64,000 nucleotides of DNA, taken from the NCBI GenBank assembly GCA_900554175.1, contig USGK01000003.1, positions 25,790 through 89,789 of the forward strand, read 5' to 3'. Source of the DNA: an uncultured Clostridium sp. GTDB taxonomy: Bacteria; Bacillota; Clostridia; TANB77; CAG-508. Every line of letters starts with the position of its first letter. The first letter of the stretch is position 1. This document shows positions 45,270-54,840 of the stretch, one piece after another. The notes beneath the pieces were generated by a model. That model was not told the origin of the DNA, did not search any database, and worked only from the letters and a program-made list of their open reading frames with translations. Both the position numbers and the translations under genes were made by a program.

Positions 45270-47147
45270 ATGGCATTTGATGGTATTGTGACAAAAAAGA
45301 TTTGTGACGAATTGCAAAATATAATTGGTTATAAAATAGATAAAATCTATGAACCTGATAAAAATACAGTATTAATTGGTCTTTATAAAAAGTTTTCTAA
45401 CCTTGCACTTTTAATAAATATATCTTCAAATAATACTAGAATTTGTTTAACAAGGCATGACTATAAAAATCCTACTGTAGCACCTAATTTCTGTATGCTT
45501 TTAAGAAAGCATATTATAGGTTTTAAAATAAAGGACATCTATATTAAAGGACTTGAACGAGTAGTTTTTATTGATTTAGAAAATACTGATAATCCTGATA
45601 AAATTATATCAAAAAAACTTATTATTGAACTTATGGGAAAACATAGCAATATTATTCTAACCAATTCAACCGAAATAATCATTGATAGTTTAAGACATAC
45701 TTCTGTTGAAAATAATTCTTTAAGAGATATCTATCCAGGTTCAAAATATAGTTTTCCCCAATCTAACAAAGCGAATTTTTTAAGTCTCTCTTCTTTTGAA
45801 GAATTCTATGAAAAAATTGAACATTGCCTTACAGATGAAATTTCTTATAATATTTCTTCTAAAATCGATAAAGAAAGTAAATCTCCTATAAAAAATACCA
45901 CAAACTCTTCACATTCAAATTCTGATTTATTAAATTTAAACGAATCTAATATTATAAAATTTAAGAATATTGATTTAGGTAAAGTGATTTCTTCTGTTTT
46001 TAACGGAATAAGCTCCTCTACCATATATGGTATATTGCAAAATTACAATGATTTAACTATTTCCAAAAGTTCTATTTTAGAAGTTTATAATAATATTTGG
46101 GATATTTTAAATAGTTCTTCTTTAACTTTTGAAACTTACTCAGTTTCAAAGAAAAATTGTTCTAAAAAGAAGGAAGATTATTTTATAAAACTTTCCAGTA
46201 AGTTAGAAAATGATGCATATAGATTAAACTATTTTATCGATAATTTTTATTTTGAAAAAGAACATAACGAACTTTTTGAAAATTACCGAAATACTGTATT
46301 AAATTTGATTTTAGTTACTTTAAAAAAATATGAAAAAAGGCTTGAAAATATTGATTCAAAACTTCAGGAGTGTAATGGAATGGATCAATTTAGGCTTTAT
46401 GGAGAACTTATTACTGCAAATTTATATAAAATTCCTAATTACAATCTATCTCAAATAGAGCTTGAAAATTATTATAATGAAAATGCAAAGGTTATTATTC
46501 CTTTAGACAAAAGGTACCTTCCAAGTTACAATGCAAAGAGATTTTTTAAAAAATATAATAAATTAAAAAATGCATTGGAAATTGTAAATATACAAAAAAA
46601 AGAGACTATTGAAGATATTAATTATTTAGAAAGTATTGTTTACGAATTAGATAATTGTACAACGGTTGAAGAAATATCTTATGTATATGATGAAATGGCA
46701 GAAAGTCCGATTTTTTCTGATAAAATCAAACAAAAAAGCACAAAAAAAGTAAATACGAAAAAGAAAAAAAATCTTACATCAAATAAGCTTGCATCTTTTA
46801 ATCCTCTAAAATTTAAATTTGACGATTATACTATTTTAGTAGGAAGAAATAATAAAGAAAATGATTATTTAACTACTAAATTTGCAAGTAAAAATGATTT
46901 GTGGTTTCACACTAAAGACATTCACGGAAGTCACGTTATTTTAAAACTTTCTCCTGGTGAAACCGCTTCTATAGATGCAATACATGAATCTGCTAGACTT
47001 GCAGCATTACATAGTAAAGCTAAAGATTCAACAAATATACCTGTTGACTACTGTAAAGTATCATTTGTTAAAAAGCCTCATGGAAGCAAGCCAGGTATGG
47101 TAATCTATTCTAATAATCAAACTATATATATTAAAAAAGTAAATTAG
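45270..47147 (+). CDS. rqcH: Rqc2/RqcH homolog (fibronectin-binding protein A / NFACT family) for ribosome-associated quality control
   Basis: 625 aa. NFACT-N (MAFDGIVTKKICDELQN..G.KIDKIYEPDKN), coiled-coil middle, C-terminal NFACT-R/DUF814 (NDLWFHTKDIHGSHVILK). Confidence 0.85.
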   Translation: MAFDGIVTKKICDELQNIIGYKIDKIYEPDKNTVLIGLYKKFSNLALLINISSNNTRICLTRHDYKNPTVAPNFCMLLRKHIIGFKIKDIYIKGLERVVFIDLENTDNPDKIISKKLIIELMGKHSNIILTNSTEIIIDSLRHTSVENNSLRDIYPGSKYSFPQSNKANFLSLSSFEEFYEKIEHCLTDEISYNISSKIDKESKSPIKNTTNSSHSNSDLLNLNESNIIKFKNIDLGKVISSVFNGISSSTIYGILQNYNDLTISKSSILEVYNNIWDILNSSSLTFETYSVSKKNCSKKKEDYFIKLSSKLENDAYRLNYFIDNFYFEKEHNELFENYRNTVLNLILVTLKKYEKRLENIDSKLQECNGMDQFRLYGELITANLYKIPNYNLSQIELENYYNENAKVIIPLDKRYLPSYNAKRFFKKYNKLKNALEIVNIQKKETIEDINYLESIVYELDNCTTVEEISYVYDEMAESPIFSDKIKQKSTKKVNTKKKKNLTSNKLASFNPLKFKFDDYTILVGRNNKENDYLTTKFASKNDLWFHTKDIHGSHVILKLSPGETASIDAIHESARLAALHSKAKDSTNIPVDYCKVSFVKKPHGSKPGMVIYSNNQTIYIKKVN

Positions 47148-47175
47148 GGAAATTTACCCCTAATTTACTTTTTTT
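47139..47175. terminator. Bidirectional terminator between rqcH (+) and the KAP NTPase gene (-)
   Basis: GTAAATTAGGG-aaattta-CCCTAATTTAC followed by TTTTTTT. Both convergent stop codons lie at the arms or T-run. Confidence 0.8.
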
Positions 47176-49126
47176 AAACTTCGTTTGCCTCTATAATTTC
47201 CATTAACGCATTCGAGAACTCTTTAATTACAACTGTTTTAATTGTTGATTCTTTTCCTTTTAAATAGTCATCCATGATTTGTTTTAATATTTTTAAATTC
47301 TTATTTTCTTCTTGTAATTTTTCTTTATGAATTCTATTTCTTTTAACTATCTTATCTTTAATTATCATCGTGTCTTCATTACTTGCACATGATATTCTTT
47401 GGAACATTTGATATGGATCATAATATTTAAGAATTGGTATATCCATACACTCTTTGTCAAATTTTTCATAAAACTGTTGCATCTTCATTGGTATGTTTTT
47501 AAATACATCTTCTGCTAAATCCTTATATTTCTTTTCAAGTAATTGCTCATTTAAATTTTTAAAATGTTCTAAAATTTCTTCCATTTCTGTTGTATAGAAT
47601 TCTTTTATTGCAATCTTCCCTAGCTCCTCTTCTAGATTATCACAATAACTTGAATGAAGACTTGCTAAATTCATTCCATTTATAAACATTACCTTTAGAT
47701 TTTTCAAGTCATAACTAACTAAATCTTTTTTGATAAAATGTATATAATATGCAAATAATTTTACCATATCTATTAATTCAATGTCACCTTTTTTTACATC
47801 TTCTAGTGCTTCATTTACTACTTTAAAAAATTTGTCATCCTGCATCTTCCAATATTCTTGAGTTAAAATTTGTTTATATGCAGATACAGCTTTTGTATTT
47901 GTAGTATTTTCAATTTCTTCCATATCTTTTTTGAAAATTTTCTTATCAAAGATTCTTGTACGAATGTAGTATTCTATAAATTTAAAGAACCTGTATTCTG
48001 CTTTAAAATTATAATAATAGTTACTATCAAATTCTTTGATATAAAACTGTCTATTATCCATTAATACTCTTGATGAAACTAAAATAGATTTATATTCTTC
48101 ATTATTTTGAATATTTTTAAATTTCTCTTTTGTTATTTTCCCTGCTTTTATTTCAAATGACATTGCTATTGTAAATATTAGCATTGTTTGCATTACAAGG
48201 TTGTTTGTATTTGGATAAAATCTTTCTACCATTTCGTATATTTTGCTAAAGTCATTTAGTGAATGTTTTAATATACGCAAATTTCTTGTACCACTTTTTT
48301 TAAATGTATTCATTATTAAAAATGTGTTTTCTCTTAAAAATTTCATTAATTCTTTGTTATTTTCGTATCTCATAAGAATTCCATTTATAATGTAGTCAAA
48401 TTGTGGTGCATATTCAAACGTTTCTCCAACTAGTTTTTCCTTTATTCTTTCATAGTCATTTGCTTTGTCAAATACATGCTCTATTTTTTCTTGTATTTTC
48501 TCGACCATAGGAATATCATTTTTGTTAAGCTCTCCTTGTTTATCTAAAAGATATGTTGCTATAAATGTTTTCATTTCCAAATTTGAACTTTTTATTTTTG
48601 TTGATAATTCTTTTTCATTGCATATTATTATTGTTTTTATATGGTCATGCTCTACGAAATTATTTATATATCCTAAAATGTCTATTACATCAACATTTGC
48701 TCTTTCTAAATCATCAAAACACAAAACCTTATCATCAGTTGAAAAGAAATCAGCATAATTTACTTTATTTCCTGGTGACTTTGCTCCGAATAAGTTTGCC
48801 ATATCTATTCCTGTTTTTGCATATTCGGGTATTGTCATTTGTCCATGAGTATCCATAAACTTTCTCAAGTCTCTATCTAAAAGTTGACTGGTTTCCATAA
48901 ATATTTTCTTACTTATTTCTTCTAGATTTGAGATACCATACAAAGACATATATATAGTTGTGTAACGTTTACCATTTAATTTCATTGTATCTATTTTTTT
49001 CTTTATTTGATTATTCCAAAAATAGGTTTTTCCTGATCCCCATTCTCCGTTTATCATTATTGCATAATCTGTATAGTCTGACCTTACATAATCAAGTATA
49101 CTTTCAACTAATTCTTCCATTTCCAT
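47174..49126 (-). CDS. KAP-family P-loop NTPase, 650 aa
   Basis: N-terminal AIMINGEWGSGKTYFWNN Walker A in the KAP arrangement, a long helical C-terminal region, and a DD Walker-B-like motif (LCFDDLER). Confidence 0.7.
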   Translation of the reverse strand: MEMEELVESILDYVRSDYTDYAIMINGEWGSGKTYFWNNQIKKKIDTMKLNGKRYTTIYMSLYGISNLEEISKKIFMETSQLLDRDLRKFMDTHGQMTIPEYAKTGIDMANLFGAKSPGNKVNYADFFSTDDKVLCFDDLERANVDVIDILGYINNFVEHDHIKTIIICNEKELSTKIKSSNLEMKTFIATYLLDKQGELNKNDIPMVEKIQEKIEHVFDKANDYERIKEKLVGETFEYAPQFDYIINGILMRYENNKELMKFLRENTFLIMNTFKKSGTRNLRILKHSLNDFSKIYEMVERFYPNTNNLVMQTMLIFTIAMSFEIKAGKITKEKFKNIQNNEEYKSILVSSRVLMDNRQFYIKEFDSNYYYNFKAEYRFFKFIEYYIRTRIFDKKIFKKDMEEIENTTNTKAVSAYKQILTQEYWKMQDDKFFKVVNEALEDVKKGDIELIDMVKLFAYYIHFIKKDLVSYDLKNLKVMFINGMNLASLHSSYCDNLEEELGKIAIKEFYTTEMEEILEHFKNLNEQLLEKKYKDLAEDVFKNIPMKMQQFYEKFDKECMDIPILKYYDPYQMFQRISCASNEDTMIIKDKIVKRNRIHKEKLQEENKNLKILKQIMDDYLKGKESTIKTVVIKEFSNALMEIIEANEV

Positions 49127-49168
49127 TAGCCGATGCTTTTAGCATCTCTCTCCTTTCTTTTCTTAAGT

Positions 49169-49885
49169 TTAATCCTTTGCTATTGTAAAAATTCCAACTT
49201 GTCTTGCTCCATTTTCTTTTAAGATTCTCGAACATTCATTGCAAGTTGACCCTGTTGTAAAAACATCATCAAATAACAATATTTTTTTGTTTTTTATCTT
49301 TTCTTTTAAGTTTGTTCCACTTTTTAATTTATATACATTTTTTGCATTTAAGAGCCTTTCTTCTTTTGATAGTGTACTTTGTTTTTTGTTATCTTTATAT
49401 TTCGTTAATATCCTTTCTTCGTAATCCATATTAAAATTTTTTGCCAAACTTTTAGCAATCAAACTTGATTGATTATATCCTCTTGTTTTCAATCTTTTAT
49501 TGCTTATTGGAATTGGCATTATTATATCATATTTTTTTAAATGTAAATACAAATTTTTATTTTTTTTGAAAAAATTTGTAAATGCTTTATAAATATATGG
49601 TTTTGAATTAAACTTGTATTGTAATATTAAATTTCTTATTTCCCCATCATATATAAATTCATATATATGTTCATCAAAATAAAAATTTTCTTTTTCATGG
49701 TTTTCATTTCTATTATTTTTACCTAATTCAATTCTTTTTATATTTTTATCATTTTCTTGAACTTTTTCTATACTCTTCAATTCTTTGTAAAAGCCTTTTC
49801 TTGATACCATTTCTATATTCTCTAGTTTTTTTGTGCATTTATTACATAAATATTCTTTTGATGGTGATCCACAAATAGAACACAT
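49169..49885 (-). CDS. comFC: ComF-family protein (ComFC-type: zinc ribbon plus phosphoribosyltransferase domain)
   Basis: N-terminal CxxC..CxxC (MCSICGSP...CNKCTKK) and C-terminal PRTase motif ILLFDDVFTTGSTCNE. Confidence 0.8.
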   Translation of the reverse strand: MCSICGSPSKEYLCNKCTKKLENIEMVSRKGFYKELKSIEKVQENDKNIKRIELGKNNRNENHEKENFYFDEHIYEFIYDGEIRNLILQYKFNSKPYIYKAFTNFFKKNKNLYLHLKKYDIIMPIPISNKRLKTRGYNQSSLIAKSLAKNFNMDYEERILTKYKDNKKQSTLSKEERLLNAKNVYKLKSGTNLKEKIKNKKILLFDDVFTTGSTCNECSRILKENGARQVGIFTIAKD

Positions 49886-50037
49886 TGGTGGATATATTAT
49901 ATCTTTTATTATTTCAAAAAAATCTATTTTTTGTCTTTCCTTTCACTCTTCTAATTTCTTACATTTTCTTCAATTTAAATTTAAGTCCTGTATTTCTTTT
50001 TTTACTATCTACATTTTGTATCATATATTTTATAGTT

Positions 50038-52185
50038 TCATTTGCACCGAATTACTATTAATAAATCCTTTGCTCTTGTTATTCCTGTATATAATAAATT
50101 TCTTGTAAGTAACATTGGAGCAGCTTTTGGAATACACATTATTACAACGTCGAATTCACTTCCTTGTGCTTTATGAATTGTTATTGCATAGCTGTGCTCA
50201 ATTTGTTCAAGCTCATTAAATTGGTACCATACTATTTTTTCATCATCAAATTTTATTTCTATATTTTTTTCTATTACATTTATTTTTATGATTGTTCCTA
50301 TTTCTCCGTTAAATACCCCTGTCCCTGTTTCTGTTGTTCTTCCTTGTTTTTCCCAATAAATATCATAGTTGTTTTTTACTTGCATAATCCTGTCGCCAAC
50401 TCTAAAAATTATATTTCCTGATTTTCTTTCTTCTTTTAAATCTCCTTTTGGATTTAGCGCTTGTTGTAAATACATATTTAATTCTTTTGTTCCTAAAAGT
50501 CCTTTTTTAGTTGGTGTTAAAACTTGTATATTTTGAAAGAAATCGTAATTTCCAAAATTTTTAAGCCTTCCTGTACAAAGCGATATTACTTCTGTTAATA
50601 TTTTTTCTTGATTAGGTTGTTTTATAAAAAAGAAATCCTGTTTTGAATCATTTTCAGTTTCTTCTTTAGATATAAATTCTATTCCTTCGTTTACTCTATG
50701 TGCATTTACAATTATCTTACTTTTAGCAGCTTGCCTGAAAATTTTATCAAGCCTTATTGTAGTTATTTTTTCAGATTCAATTAAATCTTTTAGAATACTT
50801 CCTGGACCAACAGATGCTAATTGGTTAGCATCTCCAACTAAAACCAGTTTACTTCCAATGTATATACATTTTAATAAATAGTTCATTAAAAACATATCTA
50901 CCATTGACATTTCGTCTACTATAATTACATCTCCATCTATAGGACTTCCCTGATAATCTAAAGAATTTCTAAATAATTCATCTTCATTTATTTTACCTAT
51001 TTCAAGCAGTCTATGAAGAGTACTAGCTTCTTTTCCAGTTGTTTCTGTCATACGTTTAGCTGCTCTTCCAGTTGGTGCTGCTAAAGCAACTTTTTTTCCA
51101 TTTTTTTCATATATTTCTATAATACTTTTTATAATTGTGGTTTTTCCTGTACCTGGACCACCAGTTATTATTGTTACATTATTTTTATTTACTGCTTCTA
51201 TTGCTTCTTTTTGTTTTTCTGAAAGCTCAATATCATTTACTTGTTCCACTTTTAAAAGCTCTTCTTTGATATTTTTTACTTTTTTTAAATTTTGAGCTTT
51301 ATCTAATTTTATTATTCTTTGTGCTATTTGTTCTTCTGTTTTATAAAAACTTTCTAAATAAACCCACTCTTCTCCTTCTTCACGCTCTTCAATCACTATT
51401 TCTCCACTGGCTTTAAGGTTTATTAAATTATTTTCGATTTCTTCTTTTGGGACTCCTAAAAGATTTGAAACATATTCTTCAAGATTTTCCAAAATAGTAC
51501 AACAATGACCGTTATAACTAATTTGAATTAAGCCATACTTTATTCCACTCTTAATTCTTTTAGAATTATTATTTTCAACACCTAAATCTAGTGCCATTTT
51601 GTCAATCTTTTTAAAATCCACTCCCCTTGCTAAATCTATTAAAATATATGGATTTGCTTTAATCTCGTCAATTGCATTTATTCCAAATTTATCATATACT
51701 TTTTTTGCATTTTCTACACCTATATTGAATTTCTCTAAAAAACCCACAATTTGCCATACTTCCCAATGCTCTATAAAACTTTGTGAAATTTCTATGGCCT
51801 TTTCTTTACTTATTCCTCTTATCAAAACTAATTTCTCTGGCTCATATTTCAATACTTCTATAGTTTCTTCTTGAAATTTTTGGACAATCCTCCTTGCTGT
51901 TTTTTCTCCCACTCCTTTTATTGTTCCATTTCCAAGATACCTTTCTAATGCATCTAAAGTTTCTGGCATTATTTTTTCAAATGTGTCAACTTTAAATTGC
52001 TTTCCATATTCTTTATGCTCCACAAATTTCCCAAATAATTTTAGACTATCTCCTTCTGCTATAAATGGTAGATATCCTACAATTGTTTCAGTTGATTCAT
52101 TTTCTTCATCGTATATCTCCGCAATAGTATAACTATTTATTTCATTTTGATAGATTATTCCAATAACTTGTCCTTTTAATTCCAA
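50038..52185 (-). CDS. recD2: RecD-like DNA helicase RecD2 (YrrC family)
   Basis: 715 aa. Walker A IITGGPGTGKTT, SF1 helicase motifs, and the N-terminal OB/HhH region typical of RecD2. Confidence 0.9.
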   Translation of the reverse strand: MELKGQVIGIIYQNEINSYTIAEIYDEENESTETIVGYLPFIAEGDSLKLFGKFVEHKEYGKQFKVDTFEKIMPETLDALERYLGNGTIKGVGEKTARRIVQKFQEETIEVLKYEPEKLVLIRGISKEKAIEISQSFIEHWEVWQIVGFLEKFNIGVENAKKVYDKFGINAIDEIKANPYILIDLARGVDFKKIDKMALDLGVENNNSKRIKSGIKYGLIQISYNGHCCTILENLEEYVSNLLGVPKEEIENNLINLKASGEIVIEEREEGEEWVYLESFYKTEEQIAQRIIKLDKAQNLKKVKNIKEELLKVEQVNDIELSEKQKEAIEAVNKNNVTIITGGPGTGKTTIIKSIIEIYEKNGKKVALAAPTGRAAKRMTETTGKEASTLHRLLEIGKINEDELFRNSLDYQGSPIDGDVIIVDEMSMVDMFLMNYLLKCIYIGSKLVLVGDANQLASVGPGSILKDLIESEKITTIRLDKIFRQAAKSKIIVNAHRVNEGIEFISKEETENDSKQDFFFIKQPNQEKILTEVISLCTGRLKNFGNYDFFQNIQVLTPTKKGLLGTKELNMYLQQALNPKGDLKEERKSGNIIFRVGDRIMQVKNNYDIYWEKQGRTTETGTGVFNGEIGTIIKINVIEKNIEIKFDDEKIVWYQFNELEQIEHSYAITIHKAQGSEFDVVIMCIPKAAPMLLTRNLLYTGITRAKDLLIVIRCK

Positions 52186-52332
52186 TTTTTCTTCTTCCTT
52201 GTCTTCTTTTATCTTTGTGTTAATATAACATATTTTAATTTTAAATTCAATTACTAAATTAGAAAAATTGTTGAAAACATTTAAGATTTATATAATTTAT
52301 TATAATACATTAATAAAAATTTTTCATTTTAA

Positions 52333-52439
52333 AATTTCTTCTTTAGTAAGTCCTGTTGCTTGTTCTATTAATTCTATTTCTATTCCTAGTTTTATCATCT
52401 TCTTTGCCGTTGATATTTTTTCTTCTTTGATTCCTAGGC
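52333..52439 (-). pseudogene. Remnant of an Rpn-family gene: only the last ~35 codons, fused directly to sequence homologous to the region upstream of the intact copy
   Basis: 52333-52439 is ~90% identical to 29259-29364 (the 3' end of the Rpn gene). 52437-52462 (AGGCTTTTTCGGATTTGTCAA) matches 30346-30366, which lies upstream of the intact gene. Confidence 0.75.
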
Positions 52440-52664
52440 TTTTTCGGATTTGTCAATATTTTTTTATAGACTTAAATAACATTTTTTATTTCATTAAACA
52501 TTAAAAAAATTATTAACATATTTTTTTAATAAATTTATGTCAATAATAATTTAAAATTATTATCTATACTTTATATTCAAAATTGCTTAAAACCTTTCTA
52601 TTTACTTGACTTTTAGGCAATTTAGTAATATACTAAAAGTATTAATTTTTTTAGGAGGTAAACA

Positions 52665-53246
52665 ATGAGTAACTTAATAGAAATCAGATGGCATGGTCGT
52701 GGTGGTCAAGGTGCTAAAACAGCATCATTACTTTTAGCAGATGCTGCATTTAATACTGGTAAATTTATTCAGGGTTTTCCAGAATATGGTCCAGAAAGAA
52801 TGGGAGCTCCAATCACTGCTTATAACCGCATAAGTGATGAACCTATTACTGTTCATAGTAACATTTATAATCCAGATTATGTAGTAGTTGTTGATGATAC
52901 TTTACTAGAAACTGTTGATGTCACAGCAGGTCTTAAAGAAACAGGAGCTATAGTTATAAATACAACAAAAGATATAAATTATTTAAGTTCTGTTTTAAAA
53001 GGTTATACAGGAAAAATTTATACAATTGATGCAAGAAAAGTATCTATGGAAACATTGGGAAGATATTTTCCTAACACTCCTATGCTTGCTGCCATCGTTA
53101 AGGTTAGTAATGTTATGCCAGAAGATGCATTTATCCAAGATATGGAAGGTTCTTTTAAACATAAATTCGCTAAAAAACCTGAAGTTATTGAGGGAAATAT
53201 GAATGCTTTAAAACTAGCTTTAAAAGAAATAAAAGTTTTAAATTAA
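52665..53246 (+). CDS. porG: 2-oxoacid:ferredoxin oxidoreductase gamma subunit (POR/VOR/KOR family)
   Basis: IRWHGRGGQGAKTASLLLADAAF...GFPEYGPERMGAPITAYNRIS, canonical for the gamma subunit. Confidence 0.9.
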   Translation: MSNLIEIRWHGRGGQGAKTASLLLADAAFNTGKFIQGFPEYGPERMGAPITAYNRISDEPITVHSNIYNPDYVVVVDDTLLETVDVTAGLKETGAIVINTTKDINYLSSVLKGYTGKIYTIDARKVSMETLGRYFPNTPMLAAIVKVSNVMPEDAFIQDMEGSFKHKFAKKPEVIEGNMNALKLALKEIKVLN

Positions 53247-53337
53247 TTATTTACTTAATTTTAATAAAATACTTTGATAAAGGTTTATAGGTAAAACCTC
53301 TGTAAAAACCTAAATATTATTGTAAGGAATTATAAAT

Positions 53338-53634
53338 ATGAGTATAGATAAAAATACATTTTTAGAAGATATGACTATTGGTGGAAACATATACGAAGCC
53401 GGTAATTCAAAAGAATGCAAAACTGGTGACTGGAGAAGTATGCGTCCTATTTATATTGATGAAAAATGCAAACAGTGTGGTCTTTGTTTTCCTGTTTGTC
53501 CAGAAAATGCAATTCCAGTTTCAAAGGAAACTTTAAAAAGAGAAGATTTTAATTTCGATTATTGTAAGGGTTGTGGAATTTGTGCGAAAGTTTGTCCTTT
53601 TAAAGCAATCGAAATGAAGGAAGAAGGTGTTTAA
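53338..53634 (+). CDS. porD: 2-oxoacid:ferredoxin oxidoreductase delta subunit (2x[4Fe-4S] ferredoxin)
   Basis: Two CxxCxxCxxxCP motifs (CKQCGLCFPVCP; CKGCGICAKVCP). Confidence 0.85.
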   Translation: MSIDKNTFLEDMTIGGNIYEAGNSKECKTGDWRSMRPIYIDEKCKQCGLCFPVCPENAIPVSKETLKREDFNFDYCKGCGICAKVCPFKAIEMKEEGV

Positions 53635-53636
53635 TA

Positions 53637-54839
53637 ATGAGTATAAGAGAAAGATTAAGTGGCAATGAAGCTTCTGCAACTGCTATGAAACAAATTAATC
53701 CAGATGTTGTAGCAGCTTTTCCTATCACTCCTTCAACAGAAATCCCTCAATACTTTTCAACTTTTGTAGCAAATGGTCAAGTTGATACTGAATTTGTTGC
53801 TGTTGAGAGTGAACATAGTGCTATGAGTGCCTGTATTGGTGCTGAAGCAGCTGGAAGCAGAGCTATGACTGCTACTTCAGCTAATGGGCTTTCTTATATG
53901 TGGGAAATGATTTATATAGCCTCTAGTTTAAGACTTCCTATTGTAATGAGTTTGGTAAACCGTGCTGTGTCAGGTCCTTTGAATATACATAATGATCATT
54001 CTGATGCATACGGAGTTCGTGATAGTGGTTGGATTATGTTATTCTCTGAAAATAATCAAGAAGCATATGATAACCTACTTATGGCTCACAGAATTGCAGA
54101 ACATAAAGATGTTATGCTACCTTTAATGGTTTGTCAAGATGGATTTATTACATCACACTCAATCGAAAATATTATGCTTGAAGAAGATTCAGAAGTTAAG
54201 AAATTTGTTGGAGAATATAAACCTGAACATTATTTATTAAATAGAAAAGAACCTATGTCAATTGGTCCTTTAGATTTGCAAGCATATTTATTTGAGCACA
54301 AAGCTCAACAAGCTGAAGCAATGAGAAAAGCTAAAGATGTTATCTTGGAAGTTTCTAAAGAATTTGAAAATTGGACAGGAAGACATTATGGTCTATTTGA
54401 AGAGTACAAATTAGATGATGCAGATATCGCAATTGTTTGTATGAATTCAACTGCTGGAACAACAAAATTTACTGTTGATAAATTAAGAGCTAAAGGAATT
54501 AAAGCAGGTCTTTTAAAAGTTAGAGTATTTAGACCATTTCCATCTGAAGAAATTGCTAAGGCTTTGGCTAAAGTAAAAGCTGTTGCTGTTTTAGATAAAT
54601 CAGATGGATTAAATGCCGCTGGAGGAGCATTATTTACAGATATCACATCAGGTATGCAAGTAAATAAAATTTCTGTTCCAACAGTTAACTATATATATGG
54701 TATTGGTGGAAGAGATGTTCCTACTGAATCTATTGAAAGTGTTTATGAAGATTTATTAAAAATCGTAGAAACTGGAAATATAGAAAATCCATATAGATAT
54801 TTAGGTTTAAAAACAAAATCTTTAAAGGAGGTAAACTAA
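53637..54839 (+). CDS. porA: 2-oxoacid:ferredoxin oxidoreductase alpha subunit
   Basis: 400 aa, start overlapping porD's stop. Alpha-subunit transketolase-like pyrimidine-binding domain. Confidence 0.88.
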   Translation: MSIRERLSGNEASATAMKQINPDVVAAFPITPSTEIPQYFSTFVANGQVDTEFVAVESEHSAMSACIGAEAAGSRAMTATSANGLSYMWEMIYIASSLRLPIVMSLVNRAVSGPLNIHNDHSDAYGVRDSGWIMLFSENNQEAYDNLLMAHRIAEHKDVMLPLMVCQDGFITSHSIENIMLEEDSEVKKFVGEYKPEHYLLNRKEPMSIGPLDLQAYLFEHKAQQAEAMRKAKDVILEVSKEFENWTGRHYGLFEEYKLDDADIAIVCMNSTAGTTKFTVDKLRAKGIKAGLLKVRVFRPFPSEEIAKALAKVKAVAVLDKSDGLNAAGGALFTDITSGMQVNKISVPTVNYIYGIGGRDVPTESIESVYEDLLKIVETGNIENPYRYLGLKTKSLKEVN

Positions 54840-54840
54840 T

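Noticed and set aside
49127-49168. Small hairpin GATGCTTTTAGCATC between the KAP NTPase start and the comFC stop, as a terminator.
   Set aside because: The stem is 6 bp with no following T-run on either strand. It is more likely incidental.
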